Assembly (NCBI RefSeq): GCF_001194135.2
Contig: NC_068981.1
Location: 43,194,982-43,258,981, forward strand
Reading direction: 5' to 3'
DNA length: 64,000 bases
Source: Octopus bimaculoides
Lineage: Eukaryota
How positions within the stretch are numbered: position 1 is the first letter of the stretch; each line of letters starts with the position of its first letter. This document shows positions 38,322 through 51,554 of this stretch, piece after piece. Below the pieces are notes generated by a model. That model saw nothing but the letters and a program-made list of their open reading frames with translations, did no database searches and was not told where the DNA came from. A program made the position numbers and the translations under genes.

Positions 38322-39508
38322 ACTAGCAGAGGCACCCGGCGTTGCTCGGGAATGAAATTGTTGCTTATATACTTGAAGAAAAAAAGGCAAAATATGCTGT
38401 ATAGAAATTTGAGGACATTCTGTAGATGGACTCTCAGATGAATGATGGCTGGGCACCTCTCATGAATGGGGAAAATTGAAGATGTGCCAAAAAGCCTCAT
38501 TGGTACTTGGAAACTTTTACGAAAATTAAAATTGGATCGTTGCTAGTGCCCCTGGACTGGCTGTTGTGCGGGTGGCACATAAAATACACCATTTCGAGCG
38601 TGGCCATTGCCAGTACCGCCTGACTGGCCTTCTACACTCTCTGAGTGGTTGGCGTTAGGAAGGGCATCCAGCTTTAGAAACTCTGCCAAATTAGATTGGA
38701 GCCTGGTGTTGCCATCCGGTTTCACCAGTCCTCAGTCAAATCGTCCAACCCATGCTAACATGGAAAGCGGACGTTAAACGATGATGATGATGATGATTAA
38801 ATGAAAAAAATGATTTACGTGAATATCCTCAGAAGAGTAATTGAAATAAATAGCGATTGTGGAGCCCCCCCCCACGCACGCACGCGCGCGCACGCATACA
38901 CACGTGTGTCTTTGTAAATATGTTTGTATACATTTATGTATGTGTGTGTTTGTAAGAGACAGAGGTTTGTTGTCATGTATACGTACATGCATAAATATAC
39001 ATACATCTTTGGATGTATGCATATGACAATACAGCCCTTGACTCATTCGCACTCTGTTTCTTAAAATCACGCACGCGCGCACATACACACGTGTGTCTTT
39101 GTAAATATGTTTGTATACATTTATGTATGTGTGTGTTTGTAAGAGACAGAGTGTGAGTGAGTCAAGGTGTGTGTATGTGTGTGAGACAGAGTGAGAGAGC
39201 GGTGTGTATGTAGTATTTACTCTCTCTCTCTCTCTCTCTCTCATACACATGAACACACAAAATAGAAAGTGAAGCTTTTTGCGGTTGTTACGTCAATACC
39301 GGAAGTTGACATTGAGGAACCTTTTTAAAGAAGTGAATCTTAAATATAAAGCAATATTATTTATTTTTAATTAAAAAAATCAAATGAAGAGCTTAAGATT
39401 TATCCGGGGTCAAATTATTCATGCATTACAAATATGGAAGCATTTGGTGAAGTCGATTTCACGTGAAAAGCGATTACACACACATCTCTGTTTTATATAT
39501 AGTATAGA
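38322..39508 (+). mobile_element. Non-autonomous Helitron/Helentron-like element
   Basis: The 5' end is actagcagaggcacccggcgttgctcggg (GC hairpin) and the 3' end is ctgttttatatatagtataga. The flanks rejoin into a repeat found uninterrupted at 41780-41900 (minus strand). Confidence 0.65.
38535..38797 (+). mobile_element. Young RTE tail nested in the Helitron-like element
   Basis: It is highly similar to 13580-13746 and 60897-61070 and ends in (GAT)n. Confidence 0.9.
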
Positions 39509-39764
39509 TTAAACAAAATATGTATATAGGCATATGCAATATAAGAGAAAACAAAAGTTGGAAACTTTCAGGTGATTAATGATGAATTTATATGTATAAA
39601 TAGATATTTATTTATATAAATAACTCCTGCTTACACAGAGCACAAAGAACAGAGAATTTTAAAGGGGTTGGACTTACAATACCTTTCTTCTACCCCTTTA
39701 AATTTCTCTGTTGTTTGTACTCTGTGTAAGTTGGACATATTTACATGAATGTGTATATATTTTA

Positions 39765-40100
39765 TCCTCATCATCATCATTGGTTAATCTATCTTCCATG
39801 CATGCATGGGTAGGACGGCTGACAGGAGCCAGCCAGGCAGAAAAACTACCCTTGGCTACTGTGTCTGCTTTGGCAGGGATTTTACAGCTAGATGCCCCTC
39901 CCTAACACCAACCACTCCGCAGAGTGGACTCAGTGCTTTTTACATGGCACCAGCACTGGTGATGTTAGTTTTGGCCTGATTTTTACAGCTGGATGCCCTT
40001 CCAAATGCCAGCCATGTTAGTGTAGACTGGATGCTTATAACGTGGCACCAACACTGGCAGGGTAACCAAGTAACTTGCAAGACAAGGAATTGTGTGAGAG
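39765..40100 (-). mobile_element. Older RTE tail fragments
   Basis: ttccatgcatgcatgggtaggacg, plus two ttttacagct(a/g)gatgccc motifs. Confidence 0.7.
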
Positions 40101-40279
40101 GCAGGGGAATTTGAGGAGGGAAACTTGTGTCAAAAAGACAGAGGAACAGAAGTAGATGTCTTTCCACAACAGAGGTGGGCATTGGAGGAGGTGATCCAGT
40201 ATCAGATGATGAAAGGTTAGAGTGTAACAGAGGAATAGAGAGGCAGAAATAAGTGTCTTGGTATGGAGGAGGTACATGG

Positions 40280-40700
40280 TTACCCAGAGAGAGTGAGAGA
40301 GAGGGAGAGAGAGACATAGAGAGAGAAAAGAGATAGGGAGTGAGGCAGAGAGAAAAAGAGAGGAGGAGAGAGAAAGAGTGAGGGAGAAAAGAGACAGAAA
40401 GAGAGAAAGTAAGAGAGAGAGAGAAAAGAGAGAGTGAGTGAGTGTGAGAGAGAAAAGAGATAGAGGGTGAGAGTGAGAGAGAGAGAGAGAGAAAAGAGAT
40501 AGAGAGTGAGAGAGAGAGAGAAAGAAAGAGAGAGAAAGAGAGACAGAGAGTGAGAGACAGGTACAAGAAAAAGATCAGAAACAAGTGTGCTGATGTGAAC
40601 GTGATTCTTGGTTACCTAGTCAGAGGAAAAAGAAGAGAAGGAGAGAGAGGGAGTGACCAAGAGAAAAAGAGAGAGTAGGAAACAGTAAGATAGAGCAGAA
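40280..40700. repeat. Degenerate (GA)n purine-rich tract
   Basis: Directly visible. It is the source of the Ser/Leu-rich pseudo-ORF 39940-40584. Confidence 0.9.
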
Positions 40701-40984
40701 GAGAAATGGTGTAGTGCTTGGGCATACTCACAAGTAACAAGGATCTGAGTATAGAACATGGGTAGAAAAATAAGGTGTGGGTGTTGGAGGTGGGGGAATC
40801 AGTGATACAGTGAGCAGGTCAGTGAAGGTAAGAAAGGGGATTGAAAAACAATCATAGTTAACAAAGAGGAAATGTGAGGAAGAGAAAGATGCAGTTAGAA
40901 GAGGAGTTGTAGTTTGGTTTCTTAGAGCAGAGTGGGTAAAATGTGTGTTGTTACATGTGGATGGAACACAACTCTTCTAGCACT

Positions 40985-41735
40985 CAGTTTCGTGGACAGG
41001 TCTTCTCTAGAACTTCATATCACCAAACATCTTCGTCCATTGTCATTTCCTCCGTGAGTCCCAACATCCTAAAATTGGTCCTCACCACTTCCTCTCATAT
41101 TTTCCTGAGTCCCCTTCTTCCATAGGTACCATCCACTTTCAGTGACGGGCACTTCTGTATACAGCTGTCTTCACTCATATGCATCACATGTCCAGACCAA
41201 CACATTCTCCTCTCCTGCATACCACATTTAATTCCTCTTATGCCCAACTTTTCTCTCAGCACAGTTGTGTTTTGTCAGTCATGCACACTGATGTTGCAAA
41301 CCCAGTGGCGTATACTACCTTCATTCCTCTCCATTCTATTCATGTCTTCAGTCAGAGCCCATGTCTCACTACCATGTAACATAGCTGTTCTCACACAAGC
41401 ATCATATAATCTACCTTTCACTCTGAGAGAGATTCATTTTGTTGCCAACAGAGGTAGTAGTTATCTGAACTTCCTCCATCTTATACTTATTCTTGACACA
41501 ATACTTTCAGAACATCCACCACCATTACTAATGTGGTCCCCTAAATAGCAGAAACTATCTGCTACCTCAACAGAGCTTCCTGGGCATTTGAGAGAGTTTA
41601 AGTCACTTGTGCTCTTAGTACTTATTGTTCATGCACTCCTGCCACATGTGAAAGTGACCTTATCTGACAATCTATCCCTGAATCCACTGCATCTCTTATG
41701 CATCCATAGCTTACGCTTGGTGCAGTAAATGAAAT
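40985..41735 (-). mobile_element. Diverged RTE LINE RT fragment including the PHD-finger insertion
   Basis: The minus strand reads CTKRKLWMHKRCSG...TCGR...VEVADSFCYLGDHISNGGGCSESI, continuing to the RT C-terminus with stops and frameshifts. Confidence 0.85.
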
Positions 41736-44700
41736 TACATATAACCTCATCATTCATCATTCATCATCATTCATCATTCATTATTCATCATCATTTCCAT
41801 CTTTTGCTTTCTCTCATTTTGCATGTATACATATATACATATTTTGTATTTGATGTCCTTAATATATTTGATGTGTCTAATTTGCTTTTCCCCATTATTG
41901 CTTGTACACCCACTCAACCTGATCCCACTTTCTTTACTTTGTGGAATGATCACCTGTAAAGACATTGGAGTCTAAGTTTGAATCTTTTGAGCATTACTAA
42001 ATGTCTTTTATGCAGAACACTCTTACAAATGGCTAGTGTGGTTGATTCTTCTTTTTATACCTACAAAAGCATTGCTTATATTTGTTGCATATACTGTTGT
42101 GTAAAATCCATAGATATATTCTAGAATACTGTTTGAAACAGAACATTCTTAATTTATTGATCAGACTAGTTACCATGTATCATATGTATAAAGCAGTCAA
42201 GCTAATTTACTTAAACTTTTAGTTAAAGTGGGTTTATAAACATTGTCTCCATAGACAGTTAAAGTGGGTACTCAATCACTGATGAAATTTCAGCACAACA
42301 TTGGAAATATTCTGGCTGATATTTTCTGTTTTTTTTTCTTCTGTCTATGAAGATATTTTGTATAAAGATAAAATATTTCTATCTGTGTTTCACATATACT
42401 TCTGGTTAAAATCCTATACTGTTGTACAATATAGTATATATGTATATATATATATAGTGTGTTAGACTTTGCAGAGAGACTATTTTGGACTACCTTAAAG
42501 ATATTTGAATATAATCTTGGATACATAAATTTTTCATCTCAGTGAACATTTCTTTTCTTATAATTACATTTATTTTCTAATAATTGCATTTATTTCTTAT
42601 AACATTTATTTTCTTACAAAAACAGATAGTCAGAAAATAACTTGAAAATGTTTTTTCATTTAAAGATAATTTATCCTTATCCTATTAAGTTGACATTTGT
42701 TTCCATAAATATATCAATGAAATTTTTCAAATAATATGTCTTCTGGTGTATTTGATTTCCACTAATGCTTTCAAACATTTTGTCTTTCAATCAAATGTTT
42801 CACTATGAATATGTCTTTCTACAAATGTGTCTTTTCACCAATTTTCCCTTTTACCAGCATGCTTTCAATCAATGCATTTTTCGTATATATGTTCTCAATT
42901 AATGTGCTATACCTCATTTGATTTTAAGTTTGATTGACCAGGTCTGACCTTGGATAGGGCTTAACAATAACAATAAATGGCAATTGCTTAATATCTTATT
43001 TTTTATATTCTCATTATTGAAAATGAATGTTTCCAGTTAAATGAAGGTCTGCAAGAAATTTAATAAGTGTTTTAGCAACAATGTGATACAAATGAATCCA
43101 AATATGCAGTCTTTGATAACGGGACACTGTTGATAATAAATACATGCTAGCATTTTTCACAACACAAGCCAGAGGTTTAACACAGCAATATCAAAATATA
43201 TTTAATCATTAAAAGAGAAGAGTGAAAATATTACTGTAATAAAATAGTTTGCCAAAGCTTATACTTAAGATGCCAAGGAATGTGATTTATGTTTGTAAAA
43301 AAAAAAAAAAAATGCTGCATCTTAATACAATTTAAGCTACTTTATAGAAAACAAGAGTTATTCTGAAAATACAGGCTTAAAACCAAATATTGTCAAAGGA
43401 ATGTTAATGTGTTATGGGTAAACAGACAATACCTCATAAACACTTAAAGACCTGAAATACAGAATGAGAACTATTAATCTAAAAGAAACAATCATAGAAG
43501 TGTCTCTACAAAGTTTTGCATAATAATGACAATGATCAGCTTCCATAAATTAAGCTCTGAGTAGTGACAAACAGAGGCAAATGTTTCAAATAAATGAATA
43601 AAATATATTACATATGCTGAATATCTTTAATATTATTTTTTTCTCATTTGTATGTACATTTTATTGTGTGCATATATATATGTATATATATATGTATATA
43701 TATATATATATATANNNNNNNNNNNNNNNNNNNNNNNNNNNNNNNNNNNNNNNNNNNNNNNNNNNNNNNNNNNNNNNNNNNNNNNNNNNNNNNGATAAAA
43801 ATCCAAGGCTGTGAAAGGTTTCTGCATCTATTGGATTTTTACCTCATTCTGTTCATTTTTTTATATATACACATGCTGATATATAACCTACGTTGGACTC
43901 CTCATTCGCATAATCACTGAACCTGGAGCTTAACTATTGTCTGTCCATAGCACTTACTCAGCATTACCTGACACCTTTGGGTCTTATTGACACCATTACC
44001 TCTCATAACCAATATATATATATATGTATATATATTCTTATATTTATACAAATTCATTCAAGTGTGATACAATCTTTCACTGAAGAAATAGTCCTGGAAA
44101 CAATTCTCCATCTAGACATGAGTGAAAACACATTTTTTTGAGCTGTGAATGATGTCATTAAATTGTAGGACAAGTGCTTCTGTATTGTTCTGCTTCATCA
44201 GTAACAGAAACCAAATATGTCTTTCGTTGCTTGATAAGAACAAAATTATTCTGTTAAAAGAAGGCATATGGAATGTTTGCTGAGGTACATAATGCATGAT
44301 CAATCTAGAATTAAATGAATAATGTTACATGGAGTAGTGTTGAATAAAATCTGTGTAAAGTTATGTTTAACACATTTGAGAGCATTGAGACATCAAGAGT
44401 ATTCAGACCTTTCATTGCAAACATTTTAACGGCTGAGTATAATGTCATTGAATTGTTGGATGCATGCATTTCTGTGTTATTCCACATCTATTGGACTTTG
44501 CAAGTACAGAACTTCATATAATATTGTTTATAGAAAATGCTAAGATGATATTACCCTTTTGTTGAAATGGTATCATGCAGTGACACATGAATTCTAAACA
44601 TTCAGGCACATATGCACATGCAGAAATGCACACACATATACACAATCACATGTGATTGGCAGTGGTACATAGTAAATAGAATCCCTCAACTATATGAAAT

Positions 44701-45547
44701 AATAAAGTTTTATAATTTAATTAGGATCATGCAAGCAAATGATTTCACATAATTCTGAGTGTGCTTTATGCTTCTAAGATGTTCAGATTCTAGGATGCTA
44801 TAGTAAAAATGGCTGTGGAGGAAGTGCATTCCATAAACAAGGACTCTCTTTGCACTGTGCAATCTTCTTTGCCACATTTAATCTGGATCTATAATGATAA
44901 AAGCTAATGCAACAGCCTTACTCCTTCATTAAATTACAAGTGAATTAGCAGTGTTTTAATTAATTAATTTACCATTTATATTTATAGTTCCCTTTAGCCA
45001 GCACTACCTGTACTGATGACTGCAAATAACCTGCTGGAATATACAATATTACAGCCACCGATGAAATCCAATTTCAAGGATTGAAATAGGTTCACCTGTT
45101 CCTTGTTCTTCTGCCCACAAAAAAATATTGTAAATATAGTTTACATTCATCACTACATACAGGGTTAGATACAAAAATCTATAGATTTATTCTACACTAT
45201 AGTTCTACAACACAGCAATATTTCTTTATGTATAAACATTGATGAAACGTTAGACTTTTGTGTTCATGTGTTATTCAGCATTTCATGTTTTGTTGCATGC
45301 TCATTTTAAGGTTTATTCAAATAGTTTTAGAAATCCCAATCAAATATGAGGACGAAGTTCATTCTTAGCAAGCGCTTAGTTGCATGTCTTTGGTATTCTA
45401 ATTTTTACATTCTTTTAAGTATGAAAAAATATATACTGGAAAATACTAAACATGTCACAATGAACACAATATTATTATTAACTTTTTTGCACATATGTAC
45501 ATAATCACATACAATGTATGCATGTGTATGTATATATGTATATATGC

Positions 45548-45593
<46 letters not shown>

Positions 45594-45999
45594 ATATATA
45601 TTATATATGTGTATGTATATATGTATGTGTATATATATATATATATATATATGTACAGACACATATATACATATACACATTCACATGTGCGTTTATGAGT
45701 GTATTTGTGTGTGTATGTGGATGCATATGTAGGCATGTATCCTGCCGCTGCCCTGTATATATTTTTTGATGCATCCACATGAGTATGTTTGCTTTGAATT
45801 TCATAAATTCAATATGGTGCTCTGAAGAGGAAAAATGAGAAACCACACCAAAACCCAGTTCTTAAAAGTAAAATAAAATAAAATAAAATAAAATACACAA
45901 TAATTGAGGAGAGTAGAGAAATCAACAATCTAACCCCACTTTGTTGAGATTTATTTTTCGTTATTTGATATTTTTTCATCACCATTATTATTAAGAATA

Positions 46000-46031
46000 A
46001 AATAAACATTTATTATTATCATTGATGTTGC

Positions 46032-46074
<43 letters not shown>

Positions 46075-46092
46075 ATTATTATTATTGTTATT

Positions 46093-46159
<67 letters not shown>

Positions 46160-46160
46160 G
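46000..46160. repeat. Compound microsatellite (GTT)n-(ATT)n
   Basis: Directly visible. Confidence 0.95.
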
Positions 46161-46391
46161 TCAGTTTAGCTTTATACATTATATATTAAGGAAAGAAAAT
46201 ATTTGCTCTGATCTCTGACTGGAGATAAAAGTCTTCCTTGATCTTTGGCATCAACAGTCATCCCTGCTGTGCTTTCAGGATATCACTATTCCATTGTAAT
46301 ATCGAGTTAAAAACTAAAAAAGGAAAGTAATTTAATAATAAATATACTCAAATGAAATAATAAAATAAAAAAATGTGCCCCACACTCCCAC

Positions 46392-46458
<67 letters not shown>

Positions 46459-47914
46459 TGTGTCTGTGTGCTTGTGAGTGTGTGTGTAGGTAAAACGTAG
46501 TTCAGATATTTTTTTCATCAGTAAATGAATTTGGCAACATTTGTTAGATAATCTCATAAAGAATTCGAGCTTTCCGTTGTTTTTTTTTTTACACACAATA
46601 TAAATTTGCTTTCTTTAATAATATTTTGTAAACAAGTTGGCTGCTTTTCTTTAGTCTTAGTTTTGTGGAATTTTTGCAATTTATATGTCCAATATGGTTG
46701 AATAGAAGTTTCATCAAATCATTCAATATTTCATTATTAAAGCACCTATCCCAGTTTATTTTATGATTTTATGGTTACAAAGTGTCAATAATTCAGACCT
46801 GGTGCCAAATTTTTCACCTTTCTTCTCTTTCCTTTTTTTAATGTTGAATTCTATCTAAGCCAACTACAAAGCTATATTCTTGTTAATGCTAAATGAGCGT
46901 CGTAAACTGCTTTAACATACTTAAACCAAATTTATTGATTGAATTCAATTGTACAGAAATATTCAGCATTTGAAACCTTATTGACAAGTGAGACATAAGG
47001 TGAAATCTCCATCAAAACTTGTGATTAAAGTTCCTCTTTCTACATCGTTGACCTCTGACATAGCACTGATTACATTTCTAAGAAATTTGCTTCATATAAT
47101 AATATCACCTGTAATAAAATATAAACACGTCAGAAGCAGAGATAATATTATCAAGTAGTTAAAGGATTTGGCTATCAGTTCCTCACGGGTTATGAGTTCA
47201 AATTAACTTGAGCCAATTCTTGATACAGGCTAAGTGTATATATTATATTATGTACTATAAATACACTAACAAAAGTAATTAATAATAATCAGTTCTATCA
47301 TTGATAATTAATATACTTATTAAATTATTAAATTAATTGACGTAAATAAATACATAAAGTTTCGGTAAAAATAGAAAGGTGAAATTAAACTTATGTTTGC
47401 TTCAGTCATTGGATTGCTGCTAAGCTGGGGCAATGCTTTTAAGATTTTTAGTCAATTATATTAACCACAATGCTTTGTCTAGTACTTAGTTTATTGACTG
47501 TGTGACAGATTGATGACATAATTGACCTTGGTATAAAGAGATTTAAACTATCAACCCAAAATATAGAAAACAAAATAATGCAGAGAAGTTATAGTGAATA
47601 GGTGAAGTCTCTTTAAAGTTTCTAGAAAAGCTAACCATGTGGCGCATGTGTATTGTGCGAGGATTTTCATGTGAGCTAAGTATTCCATCATCGGAAAGAG
47701 AAGAATAACTAAAGAATATCATTAAACAAGAATATTAATAGGTACCAGTTTACTGACTAAGGGTAGTCCAAAGTAGAAATATAATATTGGTTAGTAGTTT
47801 CATGGTTGAAGAATTAAAGAACTCCTTAGTAAATGATAATATTCATAAGCAGTTCTATTGTTGAGCTATAAAGAAAAATCCAAGATAAAGGATAATAAAA
47901 GTTACTCGGTAACT

Positions 47915-48945
47915 AGGTCAGTAGCAGAGGTGAATGCTCCGAGAGTGTAGCTGCAATAATAAAAATAGGCTGGGCAAAGTTCAGAGAGCTCTTACCTCTG
48001 CTGACAACAAAGGGCCTCTCGGTCAGACTGAAAAGTAGACTGCATGATGCCTGTGTGCAAACAGCCATGCTACATGGCAATGAAACACAGGCTCTGACTG
48101 CCAAGGACATATGTAAGCTTGTAAGAAATGAAACTAGCATGATCCACTGGATGTGTAATGACAGTGTGCATACACGACTGAGTGTCAGCATCATGAGAGA
48201 AAAGTTGGGCATAAGAGGCATCAGATGTGGTGTGCAAGAGAGATGACTGCACTGGCATGGTCATGTGATGCATATGGATGGGAATTGCTGTGTAAAGAAG
48301 TGTTGCACTCCAAAGGTGGAGGGAACCCTTGGAAGACGTAAACTCATGAAGACATGGTGAAGTCTATCTTCGAATGTTAGACCTCACAGAAGCAATGACA
48401 AGTAACTGAGACCTTCGGTGGTATGCCATACTTGAGAAGATCTGTCAAGCCAAGTGAGATCATGGTCATGGCTGATACCAGTGTCACGTAACTGGCCCAT
48501 TAAAAGCACCCTTCAAATGTCGTGTTATATGCTGTGCTTGCGAAGACTTTTTAAGCCAAGTGAAATCGTAGTCATGGCCGATGCTAGTGCTGTCTGACTG
48601 GCACCCGTGCCAGTGGCACATAAAAGCATAATTTGAGCATTGAACCTCATGGAGACAGTAACAAGTGAATGAAGCTCTTGGCTATATACCATGCTTCTGT
48701 AGACCTATCAAGCCAAGTAAGACTGTAGTCATGGCCAATGTTGGTGTCATGTCAATTGCACCCATGCCGGTGGCATGTAAATGGCATCCACTACACTCTC
48801 AGAGTGGTTGGTGTTAGGAAGGGCATCAGCCATAGAAACCTAGCCAAATCAGATTGGAACCTGGTGCAGCTTACCAGTTTTCAGTCATACCATCCAACCC
48901 ATACTATCTTTGAAAACAGACGTTAAATGATAATGTTGATGATGA
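47915..48945 (+). mobile_element. Older 5'-truncated RTE LINE (RT thumb, three UTR modules, tail)
   Basis: KIGWAKFRELLPLLTTKGLSVRLKSRLHDACVQTAMLHGNET...GIRCGVQER*LHWHGHV is readable. Confidence 0.9.
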
Positions 48946-49177
48946 TATATAACATAAAACAACATCTGAAACATCATAACTAGTCTTGTGGTTTCATTGA
49001 GGAATGTTTTGCCTGAAAGTACTTAACAAATATTCATAGACATTTCTAATTATTATTTGAGGCTAAAATACCAATCTATAGAATGAAAGCTTAGAAGGAA
49101 AGAATTAAGTTTGGCTACATGATATAATGGAAATATGCATGAACTTAATTCAGTGTCCTGTCATACATACCGTTCTG

Positions 49178-49219
<42 letters not shown>

Positions 49220-50763
49220 ATGCGCACATACATACTGCCAATTAGTCAGAGAGAGAGAGAGAGGGAGAGAAAGAGGGGAGAGAGAGAGAGAGAGAGATTG
49301 AGAGAGGAATCTATAAAGTGAAAGCTTAAGAAGGAATGAGTTAATTTTTGCTTCATAGTATAAAGGAAATATGAATAAATTTACTTGAAGAGTTCTGCTA
49401 CATACACAGACATAGGCACACACACACATGTGTGTAAGTATAAATATGTTCATACAAATACAAATATTTTTACATAAATGTAGGCTCTCAGCTGGGAATA
49501 TATATATATTGAAACTTTCATAAGTGTATAGTTATAATTTAGGCAAGAATTTCAATCAATTAGTGCGTGCAATGTTTTAATCATCTGGCATTGTAGTGAC
49601 TAGGTTTCTGATACACATGGCATATTACCAAAAATATTTTAGCAACTAATTTTCTTGTGTCTCTAGGGATTAGCTACTGTAATTTTTCAGACCTAAAATT
49701 AAGACATTAGATGCTAGACAATAGGCATCATTTCCAGTTCTGAATTATATCTGTCAAAATATTATAGTGTAACAGAAATTACTGAGAAAAATTAATTATC
49801 ATACGAAATTGAGAAAACTCTGTTTTGACTGTCATCATCATCATCATCCTCATGATTGTCATGAGCTCTTTCATCATCTAGGTCTTCTTCCTCCTCATTA
49901 CGTCCACCATTAACAGCAGCACTGCTATAATGAAAGTTAAATTTAATTATCACTATTGTTGTTGTTATTTAAGCCAGGTTAGTTCTGATTGGCAATTCTG
50001 CTACGTGATCATCTTGAATATTATTTTTATATAGACATATTATATCTGACTCTACATTATCTAATGTGTCCTTCCCTTCTGAAGATAATAGTATGTGTGA
50101 TTTGTGAATGATCTCACTGCTATTTCTACCACATCGAGTTACCATGTAGGAACTATTGTCTTGCTGGTTTTGGCTGGACAAGCACATCATTGTTTATTTT
50201 AATTAATTCATTGTCTAACGTCCTTGATTTGACTTCAAATATTCCTTTCTCTGCTTTTCTTGACCTGTATTTAGCACAGCTATCCTAAAAAATAGTATTC
50301 AATGATGCAAGCTTTTCTTACTTCTGCTGATTTTCTTCTACAAAAGCATGGTTTGAACTACTGTTCAACTGTTGATAATAAATTGCTGATTTTATTCTTT
50401 TTCTGATTGGCCATCTTTTTAAGATGGTATTAATTCATTGACTCCATTACTTGACTGTTACTACATTTATTGGCCTAAATAAATAAAAGAAACTTGCTAC
50501 AAGGCGAGTGCACAGCAAGAGAGATCTTCTGAAGAAGAACTCCCATCCAGCAAGTGTTTTGGCCCTTATACCTGATACTCTACAGGAGCCAGGCCCACCC
50601 AAGTCATGACTCCTAGGTGTCCTGATGCTTTCCAAAATCCTTTCTCCAATGGGATTTGAACCTTGGTCATTCTTTTTGTGAACTTATGTTCCCAGGTCTG
50701 TATTTCAGCCCACTAGGCCACTCTGACTGGCGAAGGAATCAGTTCTCATCTTCCTTATATTAC

Positions 50764-50863
50764 CTGTAAATAACCAATGGAATCCATAACTTTGCCGATA
50801 TCCACATTGAGCTCTTTTCAGCAACATCAGACAAGTGTCTGATTGTGACAGTTCTTCTGAAAC
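50764..50863 (-). CDS. Candidate internal coding exon (100 nt, phase 0 to 1) of an unidentified gene
   Basis: The acceptor is gattttgtcttctatcctattaag and the donor is CAG|gtaata. The frame is open: VSEELSQSDTCLMLLKRAQCGYRQSYGFHWLFT. It sits in non-repetitive sequence. Confidence 0.4.
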
Positions 50864-51461
50864 CTTAATAGGATAGAAGACAAAATCAATATGAATGAGA
50901 TTCAACTTCAGAATAAAAAAAAACAAACAAAAAAAAAACATAACCAGATACCACAAGGTGTTTTTCTCAAGCACTTTACCAATTCTGTTATCCATACCTA
51001 TATTCATTTCTTTAGAAATCCAGCAACACCATCACAAACACTGCTCCTGCTATGAAGCAAGCATTTTGAAAAAAAAGGTTGCATTTGAAGCAGTTTGGCT
51101 ATATTACTGGTACTATTCATTGATTTTGTGCAAATCATGTTTTATGCCTGATTATCCTTACTGTTACCAATCACTTTATAGCATAGACTAAATACATTTT
51201 ATTGCATCAGTAGCACTAGAGAGTTTGTTTGTCAGGACTTCAGTGTTTCCTCTATATATACCAGCTTATAATTAGAGTTAGACGGTTGGTTGGTGGTGTT
51301 CACAAATTCTCTCTGTATGATTAGGAAAGTAATTTTGTAAACTTAGTTATTTAGAGTGCCCAATCTCCTAGATGGTTCAGATTTATTACAACTGTAAGGC
51401 CATCTTTTTTCATGATGTAAGGAGGGTAATTAACTACACAAAAGGAAATCTCATTACTTAC

Positions 51462-51554
51462 CAAGGGAGCTCTAGCTGTCTGAATCAGACGCCTGAGATC
51501 AATGGAAACTGTCATCTGCTTTGGACAACCACTGTAAGGGATCCCTCCCTCTTT
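51462..51554 (-). CDS. Candidate internal coding exon (93 nt, phase 0 to 0) of an unidentified gene
   Basis: The acceptor is attgcttttcgcatttattatattag and the donor is TTG|gtaagt. The frame is open: KEGGIPYSGCPKQMTVSIDLRRLIQTARAPL, in frame with the exon at 50764-50863. Confidence 0.45.

Noticed and set aside
44110-44500. Possible old ~290-bp direct duplication
   Set aside because: Similarity is weak over about 60 bp of AT-rich DNA and cannot be supported by eye.
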